From positions 1-52,446 of IMG/VR virus record IMGVR_UViG_3300036792_000044: 52,446 nt of DNA. The stretch is one strand, 5' to 3'. The notes under the pieces were generated by a model, which was given only the letters and a program-made list of their open reading frames with translations, was not told where the DNA came from and did not search any database. Numbering within the stretch: position 1 is the stretch's first letter; each line of letters starts with the position of its first letter. A program made the translations under genes and the position numbers. The stretch comes from a virus (lineage: Duplodnaviria; Caudoviricetes). Shown piece after piece: positions 16,587 to 25,576 of the stretch.

Positions 16587-16812
16587 CACTATTCGGAGCC
16601 TCGTGCTTCCCCGCCGTCTTGTTAGCAGGCCCAGCAGCCACACTGCCAGTCGTGCCGAAAACCGTTACGGCCCATAGCACCCACGCCGCAGCGTTGGTCG
16701 GCCACGGCTGCCCGCTTTGCACCCACATAACGACGCCGGGTAGAACCACGGTGGAAACAAAAGCGAGGATCGCTTTCCAATATCCTTGCCACTGCATAGT
16801 TTTCACTCCCAA
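16582..16812 (-). CDS. putative holin
   Basis: Small two-TM protein (YWKAILAFV...) with a charged C-terminus, in the lysis region. Confidence 0.65.
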   Translation of the reverse strand: MGVKTMQWQGYWKAILAFVSTVVLPGVVMWVQSGQPWPTNAAAWVLWAVTVFGTTGSVAAGPANKTAGKHEAPNSA

Positions 16813-17033
16813 TCACATGTTGTATTACCGAACAGAACAACCGCCGGATGACACACGTACTGCAATCCAGGTGGTGGCGGCGGCGGCGGAGGCGGAGCCG
16901 GTAACTCGCAATCCACGCCGGGGATATTCACCCCGAGCACATTGCAATCCGCTTGCGCCGCAGCGATACTCACTGTGTTAAAAACCGAATAGCAGCGCGG
17001 TGACCGCGAGTATCCGAGTAATCATCTTCCCTC

Positions 17034-17942
17034 CTACGGTGTAGGAATCGGCAACGGCATGTTGCCGTTCTGCGATGGTATCGGAGAACCACCGGGGATA
17101 CCAGGCAGCCCAGGCTGATCTGGATTCACCTGCGGCCCAGGCGAATTCGGCGTGTTGTGCCAGTCGTTGAACTCGCACCCCGCCCAGATCGGTGACGGGT
17201 CCGCACCACTCACAACAGGCGGCGGGCCGGGGACCTCGAATTCGAGCACGCCGTCCGTGCCAGTCCATTGCCTGGCTCCATCCGCTTCTGCCTTCGTGAT
17301 GATGCGGTGCCCGTCGAGGGACAGGCCCCACACACCAGGCCCGCTGCACTGCGGAGCCGAATTGTTGTAAGGATCGCGACCATCGAAATAGTTGTGAACC
17401 CCTTGCGGCGCAAACTGATCCGGCTGCAACTGTCCGAACAGTTCGATGCTCGGTTCAACGAACGGGTTGTCCTGCCACTGGTTGTGCCAGATACCGGGCG
17501 ACGGTTCAGGCCCACCATAGAGATACACCTGGTCTGTGGAATGCCCTGTCTCGGCTTGCAATTCGAGCGCGGGCATGGTGCCGAGGCTGAATCCTGCGAT
17601 GATGCAATCACTTTGGCAATTGGCTAGTGCTGCCTTGCCCGCTGGCATTGCATCCTTAACCTCTTGGTTCGTGCCCGAGCCGATGTCAGCTTTCCACTGC
17701 ACCTGGCAGATTCGATCCGCCGACACCCAACCACCTGCTACCAGTTGATCTTTCGCGCCGCCGCCGCAACTCCCGTCGCCGGGATCGGTGTTGCCGCCGA
17801 ACACAATCCACTGATACTGCGGTGCGGTACGGCCCATGATTAGCGCGAGGCCGGTACCGACGAGCAGGCAGCATAGACACGCCACGATCATGCCGTACCA
17901 ATGGCATTCCCATTGACGCCTAAGACTTCTCACTGCGTTCAT
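17034..17942 (-). CDS. PE-PPE/cutinase-like alpha/beta serine hydrolase with N-terminal membrane segment
   Basis: Nucleophile elbow IIAGFSLG, DPY and late His residues; Pro-rich C-terminus. Confidence 0.6.
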   Translation of the reverse strand: MNAVRSLRRQWECHWYGMIVACLCCLLVGTGLALIMGRTAPQYQWIVFGGNTDPGDGSCGGGAKDQLVAGGWVSADRICQVQWKADIGSGTNQEVKDAMPAGKAALANCQSDCIIAGFSLGTMPALELQAETGHSTDQVYLYGGPEPSPGIWHNQWQDNPFVEPSIELFGQLQPDQFAPQGVHNYFDGRDPYNNSAPQCSGPGVWGLSLDGHRIITKAEADGARQWTGTDGVLEFEVPGPPPVVSGADPSPIWAGCEFNDWHNTPNSPGPQVNPDQPGLPGIPGGSPIPSQNGNMPLPIPTP

Positions 17943-17980
17943 TCCTGTTCTCTCTCTTGGTTTCTGGTACACTGCGGGTC

Positions 17981-18274
17981 ATGACGACCAACAATGTTGT
18001 TTCCGAGCTAGGCGAGAAGTGGTGGCCTCTGCCGCCCGAAAAATTCTTCACAGCCCAGCGTGCGCCAGACATGTGGTTTGGAGACGAACTGCCACCGACC
18101 TTGCAGGCCGAATTGGCGAGTCCCCTTGTGACACAATCGAAGTTGATGGTGCAAATGGGCATCATGCAGAACCTTGCCCTCGGCGAACGCAAGAGAGTCA
18201 TGCAGGAAGAGACGCAACGATTCGTCTCGGCCCGCTCCCGAGTTGGCAAGCGGGCCAAGACAAAACGACACTGA
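17981..18274 (+). CDS. hypothetical protein; the only credible plus-strand gene, probably leaderless
   Basis: Fills the gap between two minus-strand genes; TGG-TACACT extended -10 ends 7 nt before the ATG. Confidence 0.55.
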   Translation: MTTNNVVSELGEKWWPLPPEKFFTAQRAPDMWFGDELPPTLQAELASPLVTQSKLMVQMGIMQNLALGERKRVMQEETQRFVSARSRVGKRAKTKRH

Positions 18275-18284
18275 GTCATGTGAC

Positions 18285-19193
18285 TCAGTTGGCCTTTCCG
18301 AACACCTTGTTCTTGAGCGCGGCGAGCGCATCGACCAGAGTTAGGTTCTGGCCCTTGTCATTCTGGCCTAGCTGCGGCCACGGGTTCGCGACCTGATCAC
18401 GCACGTCTCCGAGTGCGTCGACCACCGTCTTACCGCCAAGCTGAGGCCAGCCGGTAGCCTGGTCGGGCTTGGAAGCGTCTGTGGGACCGAGCAATTGGTC
18501 GCTGATCAGTCGGACACGCTTGAGTAGTTCGTCTTGTTCTGCGTCGTTGAGTGCCATGAAATTTCCTCCTGGTATTCCTGCGATGTGCAGAGCCGATGCT
18601 AGCTCTGCCTTACTGCCTCGAAATGCGTTGGCGTCCATGTTCATTCCGGCGATGTGCGCGGCGTCGGTGAACTGCAAGATGTCAACGTTCTTACCGCCGA
18701 ACCCTGCCCACATGCGAGAGTCGTCGCCGGGATACATGGCGGAAGCTGCACCGCCAGAACCACTTACGTAACTCGACTGAATGAGCAGACCCGGTATGTT
18801 GCTGATGTCTGGCGAGCCGATCTGCTGCCAGTACCAGTGCGGAATATAGCTCAGGACAACCTCGATACCGCGCCGATTGAACGCCTGCACGCAAGCCCAA
18901 AAGTTGTTGATATTCCCAGAATTCGCCTCGAAGTCGAACATGACTTTGTCGCCGCCGCCGTTGTTGGCGAAACACGCTGCCTGCGCGTCGGCGTTGTCGG
19001 TCTTGACGTAGTGGTACCCGACGCAGATCAGTCCGCGCCGAGCGCACGCGTCACGCGTAGCGGCCCAATACCCGTCCCGAAAGCCTGATCCCTCAGACAC
19101 TTTCGCGAACACGAAGTCGAATCCTTCGTCGGCAACACGGTCGATGTCGACCCGCCCGTTGTTGTTGGATATGTCTGGTCCGAAGATTGTCAT
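18285..19193 (-). CDS. endolysin (lysin A), GH25 muramidase with C-terminal cell-wall-binding repeats
   Basis: GPDISNNNG, AKVSEG, GYHY, DFE, LQFTD and DAN motifs; two WPQLG...VDAL repeats. Confidence 0.88.
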   Translation of the reverse strand: MTIFGPDISNNNGRVDIDRVADEGFDFVFAKVSEGSGFRDGYWAATRDACARRGLICVGYHYVKTDNADAQAACFANNGGGDKVMFDFEANSGNINNFWACVQAFNRRGIEVVLSYIPHWYWQQIGSPDISNIPGLLIQSSYVSGSGGAASAMYPGDDSRMWAGFGGKNVDILQFTDAAHIAGMNMDANAFRGSKAELASALHIAGIPGGNFMALNDAEQDELLKRVRLISDQLLGPTDASKPDQATGWPQLGGKTVVDALGDVRDQVANPWPQLGQNDKGQNLTLVDALAALKNKVFGKAN

Positions 19194-19366
19194 TGCTTGC
19201 CTCCCAAGCAGTTTCGTAGGTCTGCCTCGGCACGGGCCAGCGCTCGGTCGAGTGCCGTCTTGGTGTCGAGCGAGGATTGGTACGTGTCATCGTTGACAGT
19301 ACGTCCGCTGGTGAACGGGTCACTGTCCTTAGTGAATCGTCCTGTACGGTAGTCTCTCTGGCTCAT
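19190..19366 (-). CDS. small hypothetical protein
   Basis: MSQRDYRTGRF..., with 4-bp overlaps on both sides. Confidence 0.5.
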   Translation of the reverse strand: MSQRDYRTGRFTKDSDPFTSGRTVNDDTYQSSLDTKTALDRALARAEADLRNCLGGKQ

Positions 19367-19746
19367 TCGCCACCACCCTCGTTGGGTATCTTGTCGACGG
19401 TGCCCGCTGCCACGGCAGCCGTATAGCCTTGCAGCGCAAGGTTGTAACGCAGCGTGTTCTTGTACCTCGACAACGGATACTTGATCGTGCCGCCGCCGTT
19501 CTTCAGCGTCGTCAGCAGCGCGTGAATCGTGTAATGGCAGTTGTCGCAAGCCATTACAAGATTGTCGGGTGTTGACTTGCCGCCGCACGCGACTGGCAAC
19601 AAGTGGTGCCAGACGAACCGCAACGGCTTCGGTTCATGCTTGGCTGCGCATGAGCAATAGCTCGCCACGCCAACAGCTTTCAGCACTTCGCCGACTGAGC
19701 CGTCTGCGAAGCGTACCGTTTTGTGAGGCGTGTGTAGAACGCTCAT
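19363..19746 (-). CDS. HNH endonuclease
   Basis: HHLLPVACGG...NLVMACDNCH. Confidence 0.8.
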   Translation of the reverse strand: MSVLHTPHKTVRFADGSVGEVLKAVGVASYCSCAAKHEPKPLRFVWHHLLPVACGGKSTPDNLVMACDNCHYTIHALLTTLKNGGGTIKYPLSRYKNTLRYNLALQGYTAAVAAGTVDKIPNEGGGE

Positions 19747-19946
19747 CGTTTCCAGGGTTTCCTCGTCGCCAGGTTTCCCTTGCGCGTCAGATCATACACG
19801 GGATCGCTGGGAAACTGCTTGCGGGCAGCGCGTTTCGCATTCCACTTGCGAGTGTGCGCCTCGCCCTCGGCCGTGATGTTCCCGTTGTCGGCGCGTCTGC
19901 GCCAACCGAATTGCCCATCTTCCCTACGGTATACCTCGATCCTCAT
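19743..19946 (-). CDS. YegP/DUF1508-like small protein
   Basis: YRREDGQFGWRRRADNGNITAEGEAHTRK..A.RA pattern. Confidence 0.65.
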   Translation of the reverse strand: MRIEVYRREDGQFGWRRRADNGNITAEGEAHTRKWNAKRAARKQFPSDPVYDLTRKGNLATRKPWKR

Positions 19947-20725
19947 TTCACGCTCCTGAGTTGCTTGATGTAGTCGGTCAACTTGGCGTAGTTAAACCCG
20001 TTGAGGTCAACGCCTTTCACCAGTTTCTCGGGTGTGAGGATTGCGTACGCCTCGTCGCATGTCTGCGCGACAGCACCGAGGGTTAGCTCCACGCCCGTAC
20101 CCCACGTGATGTCGTAGGGTCGCTTGTCCCGGTACGCGACGGTTGTAATGCAGTGCCCGCCATCGTAATTCGGATTGTTCAGCGCAGGCCACACCCTGCC
20201 GCCCTGGTTGAAAATGTTCATCCACTGCTCGGGGAAGTTCACGCCGATCAGCACACCGTCGAAATAGTATGCGGCGTAGCGCATCTCGTCGGGGTTGTGC
20301 GGGTCGAGCGACAGGTACGCCCCAATCTTGTGGGCGGTACCGTGGTCATCCACGAAACCCGTTTTGCGCCAATGAGATAACCACTCCGCCATGTCGGTGC
20401 CCTGGTCGGTCGGGTTCTCCCCCGTCGTCGGATCGGTCTGGCTCGGGTCGTATCCGGTGAAGTCACTGTAGTTCTTCAAAGTTGTTGCAGTGCTTATGGA
20501 TACCTTCTTACCGGCCTCCGCATTCCACAGCGCAATGTTGTGCGCCGTGGCTGCGAACACGCAGTCACCAGCAACGTCGTTGCCCTGCATACCCCAGCGT
20601 TTGATCAGCCGGTCGTGGCCGAAATTCGCTGGCGGCTCAGCCATTTGGGCGATGGTGGCGAAGTCGGTGAACTTGAATGTGACCGCGCCAGGTCGAGCCG
20701 GTTTCTTACCTAGTTTCAGAGCCAT
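19943..20725 (-). CDS. papain-like cysteine peptidase
   Basis: GND..GDCVFA (catalytic Cys), GGHCI (His), ITWG. Confidence 0.7.
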   Translation of the reverse strand: MALKLGKKPARPGAVTFKFTDFATIAQMAEPPANFGHDRLIKRWGMQGNDVAGDCVFAATAHNIALWNAEAGKKVSISTATTLKNYSDFTGYDPSQTDPTTGENPTDQGTDMAEWLSHWRKTGFVDDHGTAHKIGAYLSLDPHNPDEMRYAAYYFDGVLIGVNFPEQWMNIFNQGGRVWPALNNPNYDGGHCITTVAYRDKRPYDITWGTGVELTLGAVAQTCDEAYAILTPEKLVKGVDLNGFNYAKLTDYIKQLRSVK

Positions 20726-20834
20726 GTCGAATCGAACGCCTTTCCATCCGAAAGTTCAATCACCGCAAGCAGAATCAGCGCGGCGAGCGCCCAGCCTCCG
20801 ACGACGCTGAGCATGATGGTGATGTACCAGTGCC

Positions 20835-21008
20835 TCACTTCACCGTCCAATCCTTAACCTCGTCGTCCTCGGACCAGTGCCCACCGTTGCTGGGATTCAT
20901 TACACCCCAACGGTTTGCGCCTGCCTTGACGGCGACGGAGCCGTACTGCGGGTCCTCTTCGTTGGTGCACTGCCGAACCTCGGGCAGTGCCTTTGCCTTT
21001 GCCGCCAT
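20835..21008 (-). CDS. small hypothetical protein
   Basis: MAAKAKALPEVRQC..., after a GGAGG SD; not in the supplied track. Confidence 0.55.
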   Translation of the reverse strand: MAAKAKALPEVRQCTNEEDPQYGSVAVKAGANRWGVMNPSNGGHWSEDDEVKDWTVK

Positions 21009-21274
21009 TAGAACGTACCTCCCTGTTGTGCCAACCTAGCTGCAAGCTGCTGCTGCACTTGCGGATTCTGTAATGCCAACTGCGCGAACGCAACTCGCAC
21101 GCTGTACTTCAGTTCCTCGAACAGCCACGCCGACCGGCGTATCTGCTCGGCCGCTGGCAGCAGGGTCCAGTCGGCCTCTTGTGCCGCAGTGAATCCCGTC
21201 TGTCGTGGTGGAGTCTTGCGCTGCCCGTTGGTCTTTCGCGGTGCAGCCTTTTGTGGTGTCTTGGTGGTCGTCAT
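21008..21274 (-). CDS. hypothetical protein
   Basis: 88-aa ORF within the tail operon. Confidence 0.6.
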   Translation of the reverse strand: MTTTKTPQKAAPRKTNGQRKTPPRQTGFTAAQEADWTLLPAAEQIRRSAWLFEELKYSVRVAFAQLALQNPQVQQQLAARLAQQGGTF

Positions 21275-21298
21275 GAATCTCTTTCTCTCTCTTGGTTG

Positions 21299-21550
21299 TT
21301 ACGGTGTTCCACCCTGCCCGAAGAAGAACAGACCCCAGGCAGTGAATGGTGGCATGGTCGAGCCGGGTGGCATGTAGCCACAGGTGATCGTCGGCCGGTA
21401 AATCGAGCCATCTGGCAGCGGTACCGTATAGGACGAAAGGCATTGCGTCGGGTCCACTTTCGGCACGCCGAGCGGCGTGGGCAGGTGGTACCAGGGGACG
21501 GTGCGTTGCCCGCTCGGTGTGGTGTATGCGCGTCCGCTTGAGTGGTGCAT
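21299..21550 (-). CDS. hypothetical protein
   Basis: ATG at 21550 coupled to the upstream stop (TGATG). Confidence 0.5.
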   Translation of the reverse strand: MHHSSGRAYTTPSGQRTVPWYHLPTPLGVPKVDPTQCLSSYTVPLPDGSIYRPTITCGYMPPGSTMPPFTAWGLFFFGQGGTP

Positions 21551-21912
21551 CAGAGTGGCCCTGGTGTCGTGTTGTCGACGCGTGTCTGCTCGGCGAACAT
21601 GTACGCGGCGTTGGATGCGATCTGCGAATACGCAAGGGACACAGGGATTTGGCTGGGAATCTGGCTCGCTGCGTTCGCGAGCTTGGCCTCGGCCTCGGTT
21701 GCGTATGCCTCGGCCGCAGCGGAGGGTGTAAACCCTTGTGCGGTAAGGCGACTGCGTTCGATGTACAGGAATCCCCACACGCTGGCGCGGGTGCTGTGTG
21801 CGAGCGAAACGTCTGGCCCGCCGCCGAATGCGGCTGTCTGGCCCGCCTTCGTGATCGCGGTTGCCTGCGCCGATTGGTAGTTGGATAGGTATGTTGCTGC
21901 CGATGTCGGCAT
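21550..21912 (-). CDS. hypothetical virion-associated protein
   Basis: AAGGAG SD; Ala-rich. Confidence 0.6.
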   Translation of the reverse strand: MPTSAATYLSNYQSAQATAITKAGQTAAFGGGPDVSLAHSTRASVWGFLYIERSRLTAQGFTPSAAAEAYATEAEAKLANAASQIPSQIPVSLAYSQIASNAAYMFAEQTRVDNTTPGPL

Positions 21913-21945
21913 CGTGAATCTCCTTCTGTTGGTTGGTGTTTGAAA

Positions 21946-22200
21946 CTACGGTGAGGGCGGATTGTACAACGCCGCCCATTCCTCGAATGTTCCCTCGAAC
22001 TCCCCCACTAATACCAAGTCTGGACCGCTGCTACTGCCGAGATAAATGCCAACAGCGTCGACAGTATCACCGTTGCTGTCGAGCACTGATTGAATCTTTA
22101 TGCAACCAGCAAGCAACGGCACAAGGACTTGCCCGTTTTGATTATAGGGTTTGGCGAGAATCCAGTTATTTCCCTGTGACACAGGTGATGTCGTCATCAT
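21946..22200 (-). CDS. hypothetical protein
   Basis: AAGGA SD; 84 aa. Confidence 0.55.
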   Translation of the reverse strand: MMTTSPVSQGNNWILAKPYNQNGQVLVPLLAGCIKIQSVLDSNGDTVDAVGIYLGSSSGPDLVLVGEFEGTFEEWAALYNPPSP

Positions 22201-22206
22201 TATTCC

Positions 22207-22518
22207 TTAATTAGTTACTTCGTAGCCCATTTGCTTGAGCACGGAGTGCATTGCTGCGTGATCGAATTGGCCATACGAGACCATTGTACTATCAATCGGG
22301 TTCGCCTCGGCGTCACTAGGGAAGATGTCTACCCCCGCATTTGCCTTGTGTACCGCTGGTGTTCGCACGTGCACGATGATGTACTCGAAATCCCTTGGGC
22401 TGCCGTCAATCACGCTGTACCGGCGCAACGGCGGATTGAGTTGAACTAGGGTTGATTCCGTAGGCCAATGTGTCGTACTCACGTCGTATTTGATTGTGGC
22501 AGTTGCCTTTTTGGTCAT
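22207..22518 (-). CDS. hypothetical protein downstream of the tail fibre
   Basis: 103 aa; assigned by synteny. Confidence 0.65.
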   Translation of the reverse strand: MTKKATATIKYDVSTTHWPTESTLVQLNPPLRRYSVIDGSPRDFEYIIVHVRTPAVHKANAGVDIFPSDAEANPIDSTMVSYGQFDHAAMHSVLKQMGYEVTN

Positions 22519-22531
22519 CTCATCTTCCTTC

Positions 22532-25500
22532 CTAGTATGGTGCGATTACATAGATGCAACCGGCTGCGCCTGCGCCGCCGTTTGTTGTGGTACCAGTACC
22601 GCCGACACCACCGCCGCCGCCTGCGCCGCCCGGAAAACCGCCTGCCCCACCAGTTCCCGTGCCGTTAGCGCCTGCGCCGCCGCCGCCGCCCGCTGGCGTT
22701 CCTGCGGGTGCAGCAGCGCCATTTCCGCCCGTGCTAGCGCCGACCTCGCCGCCCGCCGCGAATGAACTTGACTTACCACGCCCTACACGGCCACTAGTGC
22801 CAGGCGTGGAGGTTGTGGCGAAATAGATTGAGCCACCGTCGCCGCCGTCGCCAGGTGGTATGGCAGTTGCGTACGAGCCGTCTGTTTTTAGGATGGAACC
22901 TGCACCCTTTTGACCGACCACTAACGAGCCGAAACTTGTTGAGCCACCGGAACCTCCGACCGTACTGTTGGCTGTCGCACCAGCACCCGCAGCACCAATT
23001 GTCATGGCAACCGTAGCGGGTAGTGCAGAGTACTTAAACTGTTGGGACACATAGCCTCCCGACAATCCACCGGGGAATGGCATACTGATACTGCCTCTAC
23101 CGCCGCCGTTGCCGCCACAAATACAAATGACGGTGAACAAGTCATCCGGTTGGTACGCAACACCATTCGACGGCGAAACTGTGGGTTTAGTCCATGTGGC
23201 GTTCGTTGTGTACTGAGTGAGCACGCCCCCTCCTATGAGTGCGGTAACCTTGTTGTTCAATGTTGTTGCAGCACTTGACGCTGCACTCTGCGTGCTGCCT
23301 GTACTGCCGAAAGCGCTTGTAAGCGTTGACCATACATTGGCAACACCCGAGACGGTATCGGAGAATACGCCCGTCGTAATCTTGCTGGCGTCGAGGCTCG
23401 GAATCAGCCCTGCCCCAAAGGTTCCCGTCGTCACCTTGGACGCGTCGAGCGACGGTATAAAGCTACTGAGGATTGAGGTCAGGCCACCGTTTAATATGTT
23501 GCCCAACAACGACGTTGGGAACAAACCCGAAACGATCTTGCTGGCATCGAGGCCCGGTATTAGGCCCGTGCCGAAGCTGCCCGAGGTTATCTTGCTGGCG
23601 TCGAGGCCGGGGATGATTGACCCGAGAATGTTTCCGCCGCTTAGCAATCCACCCAACACGGGAATGCTACTGATACCGGGCAGAACTGGCGAGCCGGAAC
23701 CCAATGCCGTTGGGCTGCCTACGATTCCGAGCAGGTCGGTGAAGATCGAGGTTAGCCCGCCCAATCCGCTCAGTCCACCCGTGGTGCCGGTGAACGTTCC
23801 GAGTAGCTGCGTGAGAATGCTTGAGCCAGTACCGAATCCGGTGAACAACGTCACGAGACTGGTGACCATGCTGAGTGGGAAGGTACCGGACACAATCTTG
23901 CTCGCGTCGAGGCCCGGTATCAGCGAGCCGAGAATGCTTGTGCCACCGGACAATAACCCGCCAAGGATGGGGATGCTACTGATACCGGGGAGGACTGGCG
24001 TACCGGAGCCGACAGCCGTTGGGCTACCTACGATTCCGAACAGGTCGGTGAAGATTGAACCGAGTCCGGTTAGCCCGGTCAACCCGCCCGCGATGCCGGG
24101 GATGATACCGATTAGCTGCGTGAGAATGCTTGAGCCAGTACCGAATCCACCGAGCAGCGTTGCGAGGCTGGTGATCATGCTGATAGGGAACGCGCCCGAG
24201 ACAATCTTGCTCGCGTCGAGGCCGGGGATGAGCGAGCCGAGAATGCTTACGCCACCGGACAATAACGGCCCGAGGATCGGAATGCTACCGATAACAGGGA
24301 GTACCGGCGAACCGGAGCCGACAGCCGTTGGGCTGCCTAGTAATCCGAACAGGTCGGTGAAGATCGAACCCAATCCTGTTGAGCCGCTTAGCCCTGTCCC
24401 GATACCGGGGATGAGTGCGATGAGGTCGTCAAAGCTGATACCGCCGAACGACAGACCGCCGAGGAATGATGTTAGACCGCCGAACCCGAGGCCAGTCGAT
24501 CCGCCGAATCCCTGTGATACAGCGTCGATTACGGGTTGCAGGATGCTCGCGCCGAATGTACCGGAGATAATCTTGGACGCGTCGAGGCCGGGGATGAGTG
24601 AGCCGAGAATGCTTATGCCACCGGACAATAACCCGCCGAGGATGGGGATGCTACCGATACCGGGCAAGCTCGCTGAGCCGGTACCCAATCCTGTTGGGCT
24701 GCCTAACAATCCGAGCCAATCGGTGAAGATTGATCCCAAACCTGTTGAGCCACTTAGCCCTGAGCCGATACCGGGGATGAGACTGATGATGTCATCGAAC
24801 GCTACGCCGACGAGCGACAGCGTGGACAGGAACGATTGCAGACCTGGTATGCCCAAACCTGTTGTGCCGCCAAAACCTTGGGACACTGCGTCGATGAACG
24901 GTTGCAATAGGCCCGCGCCGAATGTACCAGACACAATCTTAGATGCGTCGAGGCCGGGGATCAGCGAGCCGAGAATCGTTATGCCACCGGACAATAGCGG
25001 GCCGAGGATCGGAATGCTACCGATAATAGGCAAGACTGGTGAACCGGAGCCGACTCCTGTTGGGCCACCTAGTAATCCGAACAGGTCGCCGAAGATTGAA
25101 CCCAACCCGGTTAGTCCGGTCAACCCGCCGACGATGCCGGGGATGACACCTATGATCGAACCGAGCAGCGAGCCGCCGCCACCGAGCAACCCGAAACCGC
25201 TTGTGATCCAAGAGATTATCCCCGAGAACAAACCGACAGGACTGGTCGACGGCGTCGGTAGTCCGAGCGTCGGGTCGGTGGATGGTTGGTTGTCGAGGAA
25301 TGATGCGAAACCGCTTGCGCCCGAACCGCCGAGCGCCGAACCAAGCAAGTCCTCCAACATTTTCGCAGCAGGCAACAGGTCCAATCCTGTTACGTAGTCA
25401 ACGATTTCGATGAGGGTGTTCGCTGCGCCGAAGATAATATCCTCGGTCATCGTGAGGAACGGATTGTCCCCCACGAAACCCATTGGGTCGCCGTTGATCT

Positions 25501-25564
25501 GCTTAGTCGGGTCGTTGGGGACCTGATTAAAGTTGGCGGGGAGCAGCGAAATACTGTTTGGCAC
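22532..25564 (-). CDS. minor tail protein with internal repeats and Gly-rich C-terminus
   Basis: Eight IP(G/S)LDASK motifs, long Gly/Leu/Ser repeats, Gly-rich C-terminal domain. Confidence 0.85.
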   Translation of the reverse strand: MPNSISLLPANFNQVPNDPTKQINGDPMGFVGDNPFLTMTEDIIFGAANTLIEIVDYVTGLDLLPAAKMLEDLLGSALGGSGASGFASFLDNQPSTDPTLGLPTPSTSPVGLFSGIISWITSGFGLLGGGGSLLGSIIGVIPGIVGGLTGLTGLGSIFGDLFGLLGGPTGVGSGSPVLPIIGSIPILGPLLSGGITILGSLIPGLDASKIVSGTFGAGLLQPFIDAVSQGFGGTTGLGIPGLQSFLSTLSLVGVAFDDIISLIPGIGSGLSGSTGLGSIFTDWLGLLGSPTGLGTGSASLPGIGSIPILGGLLSGGISILGSLIPGLDASKIISGTFGASILQPVIDAVSQGFGGSTGLGFGGLTSFLGGLSFGGISFDDLIALIPGIGTGLSGSTGLGSIFTDLFGLLGSPTAVGSGSPVLPVIGSIPILGPLLSGGVSILGSLIPGLDASKIVSGAFPISMITSLATLLGGFGTGSSILTQLIGIIPGIAGGLTGLTGLGSIFTDLFGIVGSPTAVGSGTPVLPGISSIPILGGLLSGGTSILGSLIPGLDASKIVSGTFPLSMVTSLVTLFTGFGTGSSILTQLLGTFTGTTGGLSGLGGLTSIFTDLLGIVGSPTALGSGSPVLPGISSIPVLGGLLSGGNILGSIIPGLDASKITSGSFGTGLIPGLDASKIVSGLFPTSLLGNILNGGLTSILSSFIPSLDASKVTTGTFGAGLIPSLDASKITTGVFSDTVSGVANVWSTLTSAFGSTGSTQSAASSAATTLNNKVTALIGGGVLTQYTTNATWTKPTVSPSNGVAYQPDDLFTVICICGGNGGGRGSISMPFPGGLSGGYVSQQFKYSALPATVAMTIGAAGAGATANSTVGGSGGSTSFGSLVVGQKGAGSILKTDGSYATAIPPGDGGDGGSIYFATTSTPGTSGRVGRGKSSSFAAGGEVGASTGGNGAAAPAGTPAGGGGGAGANGTGTGGAGGFPGGAGGGGGVGGTGTTTNGGAGAAGCIYVIAPY

Positions 25565-25576
25565 AGTCGTTTTGCC

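Noticed and set aside
23217-25397. 726-aa plus-strand Pro-rich ORF
   Set aside because: Antisense shadow of the Gly-rich repetitive tail gene.
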